From contig CAVSGM010000003.1 in NCBI GenBank assembly GCA_963727485.1, forward strand, positions 160,001-224,000: a stretch of 64,000 nt of DNA. Direction: 5' to 3'. This document shows, piece by piece, positions 51,127 to 60,683 of the stretch (the first letter of the stretch is position 1; every line of letters begins with the position of its first letter). The notes beneath the pieces were generated by a model. The model was not told the DNA's origin, searched no databases, and saw only the letters and a program-made list of their open reading frames with translations. A program made the translations under genes and the position numbers. The stretch comes from an uncultured delta proteobacterium (lineage in GTDB: Bacteria; Myxococcota; Myxococcia; SLRQ01).

Positions 51127-51369
51127 ATGCCCCGCCGTCGCCGCCGGACCCCGCAGTACGCCTTCCGCCTCTCCGACGACCTCATCCGCCGCATCGACAC
51201 ATACGCGGCGCGGCTCCAGCAGAGCCTGCCGGTGGTGCGCGTGACCCGGTCGATGGCCCTGCGGACCCTGCTCGCCGAGGCCGTGGCGGAGCTCGATCCC
51301 CTGGATGAGGGGCTCCGGCGGGGCGCGCGCCCCCACTTCCCCGACGCCGAGCGGGCCGACCTCGCGTGA
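51127..51369 (+). CDS. Small ribbon-helix-helix (CopG/Arc-like) protein
   Basis: QYAFRLSDDLIRRIDTYA...VTRSMALRTLLAEAV: beta-ribbon pattern plus two helices. Confidence 0.68.
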   Translation: MPRRRRRTPQYAFRLSDDLIRRIDTYAARLQQSLPVVRVTRSMALRTLLAEAVAELDPLDEGLRRGARPHFPDAERADLA

Positions 51370-51600
51370 GGCGGCTCGTCCACGTGGCCCTGCCGGCCAT
51401 CCACGTGGAGCGGCTGGACCGCTACCGGCGGGGGATGGGGCGGATGCGGGGGCTCACCCTCAATCGTACCGATGCCCTCCGGGCGCTGGTGGGGCACGCC
51501 CTCACCCGGCAGGGCATCGGGCACGATCCCCCGCCGCCACCGTCGCCGGCCCGGCCGCCCAGGCGGCAGATGCAGAGGCGCAGGTTGGACCGACGGTGGT
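51366..51600 (+). CDS. Second RHH-like ORF (no clean stop; truncated or frameshifted, end approximate)
   Basis: GTGA overlap with the first RHH; LVHVALPAIHVERLDRYR...LNRTDALRALVGHAL. Confidence 0.5.
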
Positions 51601-51624
51601 TCCGGGCTGTGGTATACGGCGGCC

Positions 51625-52902
51625 GTGGAACCGACACCCGAGCTCGAAGCATCGGTGCGCCGGCAGGCGGAGGCCGCCCGCGCGTCGGTGGTGGCCCTGC
51701 GGACGGCCACCACCGAGACCAAGAACCTCGCCCTGGAGGCGATGGCCGCCGCCCTGGAGTCCCACACGGACCCGATCCTCGAGGCGAACCGGGCGGATCT
51801 CGAGGCGGCGGAGGCCGCCGGTACGACCGGGGCGCTCCTGGACCGGCTGGCCCTCGACCCGGACCGGGTCGTGGCGATGGCCGCGGGGCTGCGGGACGTG
51901 GCCCGGCTCCCGGATCCGGTGGGGCAGCTCGAGGACGAGCAGATCCGGCCCAACGGCCTCCGGGTCGCCCGGATGCGGGTGCCGCTGGGCCTGGTGGCGA
52001 TGATCTACGAGGCCCGGCCGGGGGTGACCGCCGACGCGGCGGCCCTCGCCCTGAAGTCGGGGAACGCGGTGGTGCTCCGCGGGGGGACGGAGGCCCACCG
52101 GTCGAACCGGGCCATCGCCGACGCCCTGGGCGAGGCCCTCGAGGCCTCGGGGCTTCCGGCGGCGGCGGTGACGCTCCTCGAGGAGACGGACCGGGCGGCG
52201 ATCCTGGCCCTGGTGCGCCTGACGGGGCTGGTGGATCTGGTCATCCCCCGGGGCGGCGAGGGGCTCATCGGCTTCGTCACCGAGCATGCCCGGGTCCCGG
52301 TGGTGCAGCACTACAAGGGCGTGTGCCACGTCTACGTCGACGCCGCGGCCAACCTCCCGAAGGCCAAAGCGATCGTGGTCAACGCCAAGACCCAGCGGCC
52401 GGGGGTGTGCAACGCCATGGAGTGCCTCCTGGTGCACCGGCTGGTCGCCGACGACTTCCTCCGACAGGTGGGCGAGGCGCTGGCCGCCGAGGGCGTGTCC
52501 CTCCACGCGGACCCCAGGGCCCTCCAGTACCTGGAGGCGATCCCCCACGTGCGGCCGGCGACCCCGGCGGACTGGGGCAAGGAGTTCCTCGACCGGGTCG
52601 CGGCGGTGAAGGTGGTGGACAGCCTCGACGACGCCATCGCCCACGTGGCCCGCTACGGCTCGAACCACACCGAGGCCATCGTCACCGAGGACCGGGCCGC
52701 CGCCCAGCGGTGGATGCGCGAGGTGGACGCCTCGTGCGTGCTGGTGAACGCCTCCACGCGGTTCAACGACGGGGGGGAGCTCGGCCTCGGCGCCGAGATG
52801 GGCATCTCCACCACCAAGATCCACGCTTACGGGCCCATGGGTCTGGAGGCCCTGACCACCCGGAAGTTCGTGGTGGTCGGCGACGGCCAGGTGCGAAGCT
52901 AG
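51625..52902 (+). CDS. proA: Gamma-glutamyl phosphate reductase
   Basis: ILEANRADL, RVPLG..MIYEARP, KSGNA, IPRGG, GVCNAME, HTEAI, NASTRFNDG, GISTTKIHAYGPMG. Confidence 0.96.
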   Translation: MEPTPELEASVRRQAEAARASVVALRTATTETKNLALEAMAAALESHTDPILEANRADLEAAEAAGTTGALLDRLALDPDRVVAMAAGLRDVARLPDPVGQLEDEQIRPNGLRVARMRVPLGLVAMIYEARPGVTADAAALALKSGNAVVLRGGTEAHRSNRAIADALGEALEASGLPAAAVTLLEETDRAAILALVRLTGLVDLVIPRGGEGLIGFVTEHARVPVVQHYKGVCHVYVDAAANLPKAKAIVVNAKTQRPGVCNAMECLLVHRLVADDFLRQVGEALAAEGVSLHADPRALQYLEAIPHVRPATPADWGKEFLDRVAAVKVVDSLDDAIAHVARYGSNHTEAIVTEDRAAAQRWMREVDASCVLVNASTRFNDGGELGLGAEMGISTTKIHAYGPMGLEALTTRKFVVVGDGQVRS

Positions 52903-52921
52903 ATCCCTCGTACTAGACTGG

Positions 52922-53347
52922 ATGACCATGGGTCGAGCAAAGCCAGCAGAGCACACGACGGACGGGACCAGGCCAGCCCCCCTCGCAGGGGAGGAGCTGG
53001 CCCTCAAGATCGCGGAGGTCGCCGTCGACAAGAAGGCGGACTCGATCACCGTCCTCGATGTCCGGGGGCTGACCAGCTACGTCGACTACTTCGTGATCCT
53101 CGGCGGCACCAGCGACCGGCAGGTGCTGGCCCTGAGCGACGCGGTGGTCCAGGCCCTCAAGGCGGTGGGCACCCGGGCCAGCGGCGTCGAGGGCCGGGAG
53201 ACCGGCACCTGGGTGCTGGTCGACTACGGCGACGTCATCGTCCATGCCATGCACGACGACGCCCGGGCCTTCTACGACCTCGAGGGTCTGTGGGCCGACG
53301 CCCCGCGGGTGGACGTCCCGGGCGCCCCCGAGCCCCGGGCCTTCTAG
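52922..53347 (+). CDS. rsfS: Ribosome silencing factor RsfS
   Basis: DKKA..I.VLDV, DYFVI, WVLVDYGDVIVH, R.FYDLE.LW. Confidence 0.94.
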   Translation: MTMGRAKPAEHTTDGTRPAPLAGEELALKIAEVAVDKKADSITVLDVRGLTSYVDYFVILGGTSDRQVLALSDAVVQALKAVGTRASGVEGRETGTWVLVDYGDVIVHAMHDDARAFYDLEGLWADAPRVDVPGAPEPRAF

Positions 53348-53358
53348 GGCCGGACGCC

Positions 53359-53817
53359 GTGCGGTTGCGGGTGGTGTCGGTGGGGCGCGACCGCTCCGGG
53401 CTCTTCCAGCCGGCGGTCGACACCTACGCCGGCCGCCTGAGACGCTACCTCCCCTTCGAGCTGGTGGAGCTGCCGGCCTCCCGGGTCCGGGAGCCGGTGC
53501 GGGCCCGGGACGAGGAGGCCACGCGGATCCTCGCCGCGGTGGGCCCGGACCGCCGCCTGGTGGCCCTCGACGTCGGAGGCAAGCGCCTGTCGAGCGAGGC
53601 CCTCGCCGAGCGGGTGAACCGCTGGATGGTCGCCGGCCAGGATGTGGACCTGGTCGTCGGCGGCGACGAGGGCCTCGGCGACGCGGTTCGGGCCCGGGCG
53701 GCGCTGACCCTCTCGCTGGGCCCGATGACCCTCCCGCACCGCCTCGCCCGGGTGGTGCTGGTGGAGCAGCTGTACCGGGCGCTGACCATCGTCCGCGGGG
53801 AGCCGTACCACAAGTAG
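53359..53817 (+). CDS. rlmH: 23S rRNA pseudouridine-1915 N3-methyltransferase
   Basis: VALDVGGK.LSSE, VGGDEGL, SLGPMTLPHRLARVVLVEQLYRA...GEPYHK. Confidence 0.95.
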   Translation: MRLRVVSVGRDRSGLFQPAVDTYAGRLRRYLPFELVELPASRVREPVRARDEEATRILAAVGPDRRLVALDVGGKRLSSEALAERVNRWMVAGQDVDLVVGGDEGLGDAVRARAALTLSLGPMTLPHRLARVVLVEQLYRALTIVRGEPYHK

Positions 53818-53965
53818 GCGCGATGCCGGACGCGGCGGTCCGGTGGCCGGACGGCCGGTCCGGGGGCGGCCCGGGCGCATCGGCGGCGCGGGCGCATCGG
53901 CGGCGGCGGGCGTGCGCGGGCGGCCGGCGGGCCGGGGTGGCCCCGTCCTTGCTGGGGTCGGCCCC

Positions 53966-54865
53966 ATGGACCGCCCCGTCCCCGAGCGGATCGCCGCCGC
54001 CTGCCTCGATCTCCTCTACCCGCCCCACTGCGTGGCCTGCGACGCGCGCCTGGGACCCGGGCAGGGGCCGGTGACCGAGGCCTTCTGCCTCGAGTGCGCC
54101 CTGGGCCTGGAGCCGGTGCCGGCGGGCGCCTGCGCCCGGTGCGCCGACCCCGCGGTCGCGGGCAGCGCGGTCGCGGGCAGCGCGGTCGCGGGCAGCGCGG
54201 TCGCGGGCGGCGCGCTCGGGAGCGGCGCGGTTGCCGGGAGCGCCGCCGCGCCCGGACGGCTCTGCGCGCGGTGTCGGCGGGCGCCCCCGGGGTTCGGCGC
54301 GGTCCTCGCCGTGGGCCTCCACGGGGGGCCGCTCCTCGAGGCCATCCACGCCCTCAAGTACGACCGGAAGCCCCACCTCGTCGGGCCCCTCGCCCGGCTG
54401 ATGGTCGCCCGGGTCCTGCGGGAGGTCGGGGCGGGCGCGCTGGGAGCCGCCGGCGGGGCGGCCGGCGCCTCCGGGGTAGGGCACCCCGAGGGCGGCCCGG
54501 GGGCCCCGCCGGTGGTGGTGGTGCCGGTGCCCCTGCACCCGGCGCGGCTCCGGGAGCGGGGCTTCGACCAGGCCGAGCACCTCGCGGCGGCCCTCGCCCG
54601 GGGGATCCACCGGCCGATCTTCCCCTCGGCCCTGTGGCGGCGGCGACCGACGGTGCCCCAGGCGAGCCTCGGCCGGGCGGCCCGGGCGGTGAACCTCGAG
54701 GGCGCGTTCGCCGCCACCCGCCAGGCCCGGCGGGTCCGGGGGACCCAGGTGCTCCTGGTCGACGACGTGCTCACCACCGGGGCCACCGCCGCCGCCGCCG
54801 CCGCGCCCCTCGTGGCCGCCGGGGCGGCGGGGGTCACCGTGGTCGTCCTCGCCCGCGCCGACTAA
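53966..54865 (+). CDS. ComF family protein (double zinc ribbon + PRTase)
   Basis: LLYPPHCVAC, CLEC, CARC x2, LKY, VPVPLH..RLRERGFDQA, LLVDDVLTTGAT. Confidence 0.9.
   Translation: MDRPVPERIAAACLDLLYPPHCVACDARLGPGQGPVTEAFCLECALGLEPVPAGACARCADPAVAGSAVAGSAVAGSAVAGGALGSGAVAGSAAAPGRLCARCRRAPPGFGAVLAVGLHGGPLLEAIHALKYDRKPHLVGPLARLMVARVLREVGAGALGAAGGAAGASGVGHPEGGPGAPPVVVVPVPLHPARLRERGFDQAEHLAAALARGIHRPIFPSALWRRRPTVPQASLGRAARAVNLEGAFAATRQARRVRGTQVLLVDDVLTTGATAAAAAAPLVAAGAAGVTVVVLARAD
54151..54240 (+). repeat. 15-bp tandem repeat CGCGGTCGCGGGCAG (AVAGS) inside ComF
   Basis: Three exact units, one near-exact unit and degenerate units. Confidence 0.85.
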
Positions 54866-54953
54866 GGCCCGGCGTCCGTGTCGGACCGTTGACTACCCCG
54901 TTTCGAGTTCGCTAGGCTGGGGGTTCGCCATGAGCTTCATGAGAGGTGCTCCG

Positions 54954-56279
54954 ATGTCCGCCCTGCCCAGACTCCGCGCCGGCCTCCCCGGCCTCACCGC
55001 CCTCGCGGCGGTCCTCGTCCTCGCCGCCTGCAACACCACCACGCCCCAGGGCGCCGACGGCGGCACCGACGGCGGTGGCGGGGGCACCGTGGTGTGCACC
55101 AGCAGCGGCGACTGCCCCAGCGCCAAGCCGGTGTGCAGCGGCGGGGTCTGCGTGGCCAAGTCGACCTCGGGCTGCACCAGCGACGCCGACTGCGACGGCG
55201 GCACCTGCAACACCCTCACCGGCCAGTGCTCCGGCGGCAACGGGGGCACCAGCTGCACCAAGCCCTCCGACTGCGCGTCCAACCAGGTGTGCAGCAACGG
55301 CACCTGCACCACCAGCGGCGGGACCAGCTGCACCACCGCCAACGACTGCCAGGTCAACGAGATCTGCAGCCAGGGCACCTGCGTCGCCTACGACGCCAAC
55401 GCCGCCTGCACCTCCGACGCCGACTGCCCCCGGGACCACGTGTGCAACACCCTGGGCGGCACCTGCCAGGGCTGCCTCAACGACAACTCCTGCGTGGGCA
55501 GCGCCAACGGGCCCAAGTGCGACACCGGCGACGGCGTCGGCCCGGGCGCCGGCTACTGCTACAAGCAGTGCGGTGCCGACGTGAACCGCGACTGCCCCCA
55601 GGGCCAGTACTGCGACGCCTCCAAGGGCGGCCTCTGCGTCCCCTCCTGCACCACCAACGCCGACTGCACCGGCGGCCTCATCTGCAAGGGCAGCCCCGGT
55701 CAGTGCCAGCCCTGCACCGCCGACACCCAGTGCGACCTGGGCATGGTCTGCGACTCCTCGGGCGCCTGCGTGAACAAGCCCACCTGCACCGACACCCAGT
55801 GCCAGGGCCTCGGCCAGGCGTACTACTGCGACGCCACCAGCCAGACCTGCCAGCTCGGGTGCTCGGCGTCCGGGTGCTCCGGGGCGACCAAGGACTGCAA
55901 CCCCTGCCCCGCGGGCCAGACCTGCGACACCACCACCCACGCCTGCTCCGGCGGCACCACCTGCGACTGCACCAGCCTCAACTGCGGCGCCCAGGGCATG
56001 ATCTGCGACTCCAACAGCTGCGCCTGCGTGAGCACCGGCGGCGGTGGCGGCGGCGGCGGCGGGGGGGGCGGCGCCGAGGGGTCCTCGTGCCTCCAGGACA
56101 GCGACTGCCAGTCGGGCCTCGGCTGCTACGGTGCGATCTCCTCGATTGGGATCCCCGGGACCTGCACCCAGGTGTGCAACCAGGCCAGCTTCTGCCTCTG
56201 CCCGGGCACCAAGCAGTGCCTCAACAGCCTGGGCTCCATCGCCCTGTGCGCCCTGGGCATGGAAGGGCAGTGCAAGTAG
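54954..56279 (+). CDS. Cys-rich repeat lipoprotein
   Basis: LAAC lipobox; repeated C(T)xxxDCxxxxxC modules; Gly linker. Alternative ATGs at 54930 and 54939. Confidence 0.82.
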   Translation: MSALPRLRAGLPGLTALAAVLVLAACNTTTPQGADGGTDGGGGGTVVCTSSGDCPSAKPVCSGGVCVAKSTSGCTSDADCDGGTCNTLTGQCSGGNGGTSCTKPSDCASNQVCSNGTCTTSGGTSCTTANDCQVNEICSQGTCVAYDANAACTSDADCPRDHVCNTLGGTCQGCLNDNSCVGSANGPKCDTGDGVGPGAGYCYKQCGADVNRDCPQGQYCDASKGGLCVPSCTTNADCTGGLICKGSPGQCQPCTADTQCDLGMVCDSSGACVNKPTCTDTQCQGLGQAYYCDATSQTCQLGCSASGCSGATKDCNPCPAGQTCDTTTHACSGGTTCDCTSLNCGAQGMICDSNSCACVSTGGGGGGGGGGGGAEGSSCLQDSDCQSGLGCYGAISSIGIPGTCTQVCNQASFCLCPGTKQCLNSLGSIALCALGMEGQCK

Positions 56280-56499
56280 CAGCGGTCTCCCCAGGGAGCG
56301 TGGGGGGCGATCGCTCGACCCCCCATCCCTTGGGGATCCCTGCGGCGGCACGCGCCTGCCGGTGACCGGTTCGCGCTTGGGTGCCCGGCGCCCGGGCGCC
56401 TCCCCGTCCTGCCCCGGCCCCGGCCGGGCTGCGGCCGGCGACCGACATCTTAGCCGCATTACGCGCGGGTCATAAGGTTGTCGTCACCGGTACGAACCT

Positions 56500-56585
56500 A
56501 TCCTTCACTTGCCTAACATTGACCTTCACTTACCCATAATTTAGCTAAAAAAACGTTGACACCTCCCGGGGGCGGCTCCCATAGT
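56500..56585 (+). promoter_or_regulatory. AT-rich sigma70-type promoter with an upstream direct repeat
   Basis: A-tract, TTGACA 56556-56561, 18 nt, CATAGT 56580-56585; CCTTCACTT repeated 21 bp apart (56502, 56523). Confidence 0.6.
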
Positions 56586-56621
56586 GGAAGGGTCTTCAAC
56601 CCTGAACAGGAGGGCCCCTCC

Positions 56622-57032
56622 ATGCCCGCTCGCAAGGCTACTGGCAGGAAGACCGTCAAGCGCAAGGCCGCGGCCAAGAAGGCGACCAAGAAGAAGGCCG
56701 CCAAGAAGAAGGCCACGAAGAAGAAGGCGACCAAGAAGAAGGCCGCCAAGAAGAAGGCCACGAAGAAGAAGGCCGCCAAGAAGAAGGCCACCAAGAAGAA
56801 GGCCACCAAGAAGAAGGCCGCCAAGAAGAAGGCCACCAAGAAGAAGGCCGCCAAGAAGAAGGCCACCAAGAAGAAGGCGACCAAGAAGAAGGCCACCAAG
56901 AAGAAGGCGACCAAGAAGAAGGCCGCCAAGAAGAAGACGGCGAAGAAGAAGGCCACCAAGAAGAAGGCCACGCGCCGCAAGGCCACCAAGCGCAGCGCCT
57001 CCAAGCGCGCGCCGACCGCGGGCCGGGCGTAG
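56622..57032 (+). CDS. Histone H1-like lysine-rich protein (136 aa)
   Basis: AGGAG SD; MPARKATGRK then about 20 KKKA(A/T) pentapeptides encoded by a 15-nt repeat. Confidence 0.85.
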   Translation: MPARKATGRKTVKRKAAAKKATKKKAAKKKATKKKATKKKAAKKKATKKKAAKKKATKKKATKKKAAKKKATKKKAAKKKATKKKATKKKATKKKATKKKAAKKKTAKKKATKKKATRRKATKRSASKRAPTAGRA

Positions 57033-57057
57033 CCGCAAGCGCCCCCACCGCGTGTTG

Positions 57058-57087
57058 ACACGGCCCGCCCTTCGAGGCGGGCCGTGT
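57058..57087 (+). terminator. GC-rich hairpin after the histone-like gene
   Basis: ACACGGCCCGCC-CTTCGA-GGCGGGCCGTGT, perfect 12-bp stem; weak U tract. Confidence 0.65.
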
Positions 57088-57120
57088 TGCTAGGGGCGCG
57101 GCTGTGCTACCCCTCTGGCC

Positions 57121-57630
57121 ATGGCGCTGCCTGCATCCGCCCCGGGGACCGGCACCGGTCCCCCCCGTCGTCGCCTCTGCCTCAGGGGCTCCGTCGGGGT
57201 CCCCTTGAGCCAGGAGACGGCGACCCGCCACCTGGTCCGGGCCTGCGTCTCCGGCGCCCTCGGCCCGGGGCTCCGGGTGGTCCACCGGGACGCCGAGGAG
57301 ATCCGCTTCCGGGCCGCCACCGCCGGGGCCCGGCTCCTGGGGCCGGCCGGGGCGACCCTCACCGTGACCCGGGCCGGGGCCCAGACCGTGGTCGCCTACA
57401 GCGCCGCGGTGTGGGGCGTGGTGCTCCTCGGGGTGCTCCTTGGTGTCGCGGCGGGGATCGGCGCGGGCTGGGGCCTCGCCGGGGTGCCCCGGACCGGGGA
57501 CACCGCCCTCGTCGCCGGCGCCGGCCTCGTCGCCGGGCTGGTGGTCGCCGGGGCCTTCGCCGGCGCCGTGACCCACCACATCCGGGTGCGCTTCGAGACC
57601 CTCCTCCACAACCTGCGCTATCTGAGCTGA
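57121..57630 (+). CDS. Hypothetical membrane protein
   Basis: Two C-terminal hydrophobic helices; directly upstream of the NFACT gene. Confidence 0.55.
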   Translation: MALPASAPGTGTGPPRRRLCLRGSVGVPLSQETATRHLVRACVSGALGPGLRVVHRDAEEIRFRAATAGARLLGPAGATLTVTRAGAQTVVAYSAAVWGVVLLGVLLGVAAGIGAGWGLAGVPRTGDTALVAGAGLVAGLVVAGAFAGAVTHHIRVRFETLLHNLRYLS

Positions 57631-57641
57631 CCGGGTCGGGC

Positions 57642-59102
57642 ATGAGCCTCACCCGCGCCGAGATCGCCGCCGTGGTCCGGGAGCTGGCGCCCCTGGTCGG
57701 CGGGGCCGTCCAGGCGATCCACGCGCCGGCGCCCCGGACGCTGGTGCTCCGGGTGCGGGTGCCGGGGCAGACCTACCGGCTCCTGCTCAGCGCCGAGGCC
57801 GATCTCTGCCGCCTCCACCTGGTCGACCGCCGGCCGGCCGGGGCGCCGGCGCCGTTCCAGGCCGGGTGCCGGGCGGAGCTCGAGGGGGCGTGGCTCGGGG
57901 GCCTCTCGGTGGCCGGCGACAATCGGGTGGTCACCCTCACCTTCGAGGGCCGCGCCGGGCCCCGGCGCCTGGTCGCCGAGCTCACCGGTCGCCACGGGAA
58001 CCTCTTCCTCCTCGACGACGCCGGCATCCTCCTCCACACCGCGGTGCCCAACCTCTCGCGCCGCCGGCACAACCTCCGCGGCCAGCCCTACGAGCCCCCG
58101 CGGCCTCGCCCGGGCGAGGGCGACGACATCGTGCGCCTCGAGGCCCGGCCCGGGCCCTTCGGGATGAACGCCGCCGTCGCCGCGGTCTATGGGCCCCGGG
58201 CCCGGGCGGCCCGCCTCGACGCCCATCGCCGGCAGCTCGCCCGGCCCCTCAAGACCGTCGCCGCCCGCCACCGGCGGACCCTCAAGCGCCTCGACGCCGA
58301 CGCCGCCCGGGCCGCCGACGCCGACCGCCTCAAGCACCAGGGCGAGCTCCTCAAGAGCGTGCTCCACCAGGTGCGCCGCGGCGACACCGAGGTCCGGGTC
58401 ACCGACTGGTACGACCCGGCCCAGCCCACCGTCGCCGTGCCCCTGCGCGCGGAGCTCTCGCCCCAGGAGAACCTGGCGCGGCTCTTCCACCTCCACCGCC
58501 GGCTCCGGGACGCGCCGGCCCGGGTGGTCGAGCGGCGCGAGGAGGTGGAGGCGGCGCTCGCCCGGGTGGAGGCGCTCCTGGACCGGCTCGCGGCCGCCGA
58601 GGACGACGCAGCCCTCGAGGCGGTGGGGGCCGAGGCGGTGCCGGTGCTCGGGCCCGGGTGGAGCGGCGGCGGTCGCGGCGGTGGCGGCGCGGGCCGACGG
58701 GGCGCGCGGATCCCCTACCGGCGCTTCCAGAGCCACAGCGGACGGGACATCCTGGTGGGCCGCGGCGCCAAGGACGACCACGCCCTCACCTTCAAGGTCG
58801 CCCGGGGCAACGATCTCTGGCTCCACGCCCGGGACCAGACCGGGGCCCACGTCGTCGTCCCCACCGGCGGCCGGGGCGAGGTCGACGAGGCGACCCTCCT
58901 CGACGCCGCCCACCTCGCCGCCTGGTTCTCCCGGGCCCGGGGCGAGCCCCAGGCGGAGATCGCCTGGACCCAGCGCAAGCGGGTCCACCACCCCAAGGGC
59001 GCGCCGCCGGGCCTGGTCACCCTGGTGGGCGAGAAGACCCTGCACCTGCGCGTCGAGCCCGGGCGCACCGAGCGCCTCCTGGCGAGCGAGCTCCCGGCGT
59101 AG
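57642..59102 (+). CDS. NFACT family protein (RqcH/FbpA-like ribosome quality control)
   Basis: RVVTL...AELTGRHGNLFL, L.PQENL..LF, NFACT-R ILVGRGAKDD..LT...DLWLHARDQTGAHVV, AA.LAAWFS, KGAPPG.V. Confidence 0.88.
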   Translation: MSLTRAEIAAVVRELAPLVGGAVQAIHAPAPRTLVLRVRVPGQTYRLLLSAEADLCRLHLVDRRPAGAPAPFQAGCRAELEGAWLGGLSVAGDNRVVTLTFEGRAGPRRLVAELTGRHGNLFLLDDAGILLHTAVPNLSRRRHNLRGQPYEPPRPRPGEGDDIVRLEARPGPFGMNAAVAAVYGPRARAARLDAHRRQLARPLKTVAARHRRTLKRLDADAARAADADRLKHQGELLKSVLHQVRRGDTEVRVTDWYDPAQPTVAVPLRAELSPQENLARLFHLHRRLRDAPARVVERREEVEAALARVEALLDRLAAAEDDAALEAVGAEAVPVLGPGWSGGGRGGGGAGRRGARIPYRRFQSHSGRDILVGRGAKDDHALTFKVARGNDLWLHARDQTGAHVVVPTGGRGEVDEATLLDAAHLAAWFSRARGEPQAEIAWTQRKRVHHPKGAPPGLVTLVGEKTLHLRVEPGRTERLLASELPA

Positions 59103-59151
59103 GCGCGAGACGGCGCGTGTCCCCGGTGGGGGCCGCCGACCCGTCGAACGC

Positions 59152-59230
59152 GGCACAACGTATCCCATTGGGGCAGTCCGCCCCAACGTATCCCAACGTG
59201 ATGTATCCAGAGGGGTCCCGAGGGCACCCC
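59152..59230 (-). repeat. Dispersed intergenic element, degenerate copy 3
   Basis: Shares GTATCCCATTG and CCCAACGTGA-N5-CCAGAGGGGTCC with copy 2; contains CAACGTATCCCA twice. Confidence 0.7.
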
Positions 59231-59300
59231 GCCAGCGGCGTCGCGAGGACCCCGTCGCTCCGGGATGCCCGGCCGCCCCCTCGCCGCTATACTCCCGGCG

Positions 59301-60044
59301 GTGTCCCAGCGGCAGCTCTCGCTACCCTTCCAGCGGGTCCCCGACCCGGACCTGGCGCGGCGCCGGGCCCAGGTCCTCGCCAACGACCTCCAGATGCGCC
59401 TGGGGGCGAAGGTGACCCTCGCGATCACCGACAACCGGGCGTCGCTGGTCACGGTGCGCCACGAGAAGGGCGCCTGGCGCTACCGGGTGCACCACATGTT
59501 CCTCGGCGCCGACGCGGCCACCCGCGAGGCCCTGGCCTGCTTCGCCACCGGCCGCCGGAAGAAGACCGCCGGGCACCAGCTCGACGTCTTCATCGAGGCC
59601 CATCAGCACCTCATCCGCGAGGACCCGGCCTCGGGCCCCCGGGCCCCGGCGCCGCCGAGGGGCCGTCACCACGACCTCCAGGCGATCTACGACCGCCTCA
59701 ACGCCGAGTACTTCGCCGACAGGGTCGTCGCCCGCATCGGCTGGGGCGAGCACCGCCGGGGCCGGAGCCGCAGGCGCCGCCGCTCGATCAAGATGGGCAG
59801 CTACGTCCACGACGCGCGCCTCATCCGCATCCACCCGGCCCTCGATCGCCCCGAGGTCCCCGAGTACTACCTCGCCTGGGTCGTCTACCACGAGATGCTC
59901 CACCAGGTGGTGCCGCCGGTCCGCCGCGGCAGCCGCACGGTGTTCCACCCGCCGGCGTTCCGGGAGCTGGAGCGCGCCTATCGCCAGGCGGACATCGCCC
60001 AGGCCTGGGAGGACGCCCACTTCGACCTCCTCCTGGAGGGCTGA
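59301..60044 (+). CDS. SprT-like/zincin metalloprotease domain protein
   Basis: DLQAIYDRLNAEYF, GSY, IRIHPALD...P, VYHEMLH (HExxH), H..AFR..E. Confidence 0.8.
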   Translation: MSQRQLSLPFQRVPDPDLARRRAQVLANDLQMRLGAKVTLAITDNRASLVTVRHEKGAWRYRVHHMFLGADAATREALACFATGRRKKTAGHQLDVFIEAHQHLIREDPASGPRAPAPPRGRHHDLQAIYDRLNAEYFADRVVARIGWGEHRRGRSRRRRRSIKMGSYVHDARLIRIHPALDRPEVPEYYLAWVVYHEMLHQVVPPVRRGSRTVFHPPAFRELERAYRQADIAQAWEDAHFDLLLEG

Positions 60045-60683
60045 ATGGCCGAGGCCCTGCGCCACCTGGTCCAGGCGCTCGGACCCTGGGGGCTGCCGCT
60101 CCTGGCGGTGGCCGCCACCGCCGAGTACCTCTTCCCGCCCTTCCCCGGGGACACGGTCACCCTCTTCGGCGCCTTCCTGGCGGTGGCGGGGAAGCTCAAC
60201 TGGGCCCTGGTGTGGGGCGCGGTCACCCTCGGCAGCGGGGTGGGCCTCACCCTCGACTGGTGGGTGGGCCGCTGGCTCGGGGCGCGGCGCCATCGCCTCC
60301 CCGACGCGGCGCACCGGCGCTGGTACCACCCGCTCACCCAGGAGCGCCTGGAACGCTTCGAGGCGCGCTACCGCCGCTACGGCGACGCGCTGATCCTGGT
60401 CAACCGCTTCCTCCCGGCGCTCCGGGCCTTCGTCTTCCTCGCCGCCGGCGCCGCCGAGCTCCCCCTGCCGCGGGTGCTGGCCCTGGGCCTGGTCTCCGCC
60501 GGGCTGTGGAACGGGCTGCTGCTGGTCGCCGGGTGGGCGCTGGGCGCCAACCTCGACGCCCTGGAGCGGCTCTTCGCCAGCTACAGCCACTTCGCCTGGG
60601 GGGTCCTGGGGCTCCTGGCGGCGATCCTGGTGGTCCGCGCGGTGGTCCGCGCGGTGGCTACCCGAGGGGCGCGGACCCCGTGA
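60045..60683 (+). CDS. DedA family membrane protein
   Basis: [29 protein letters not shown]. Confidence 0.88.
   Translation: MAEALRHLVQALGPWGLPLLAVAATAEYLFPPFPGDTVTLFGAFLAVAGKLNWALVWGAVTLGSGVGLTLDWWVGRWLGARRHRLPDAAHRRWYHPLTQERLERFEARYRRYGDALILVNRFLPALRAFVFLAAGAAELPLPRVLALGLVSAGLWNGLLLVAGWALGANLDALERLFASYSHFAWGVLGLLAAILVVRAVVRAVATRGARTP

Noticed and set aside
56513..57061. Antisense hydrophobic ORF (AFFLV repeats) resembling a membrane protein
   Set aside because: Mirror of the lysine repeat; the SD, promoter and terminator support the + strand gene.
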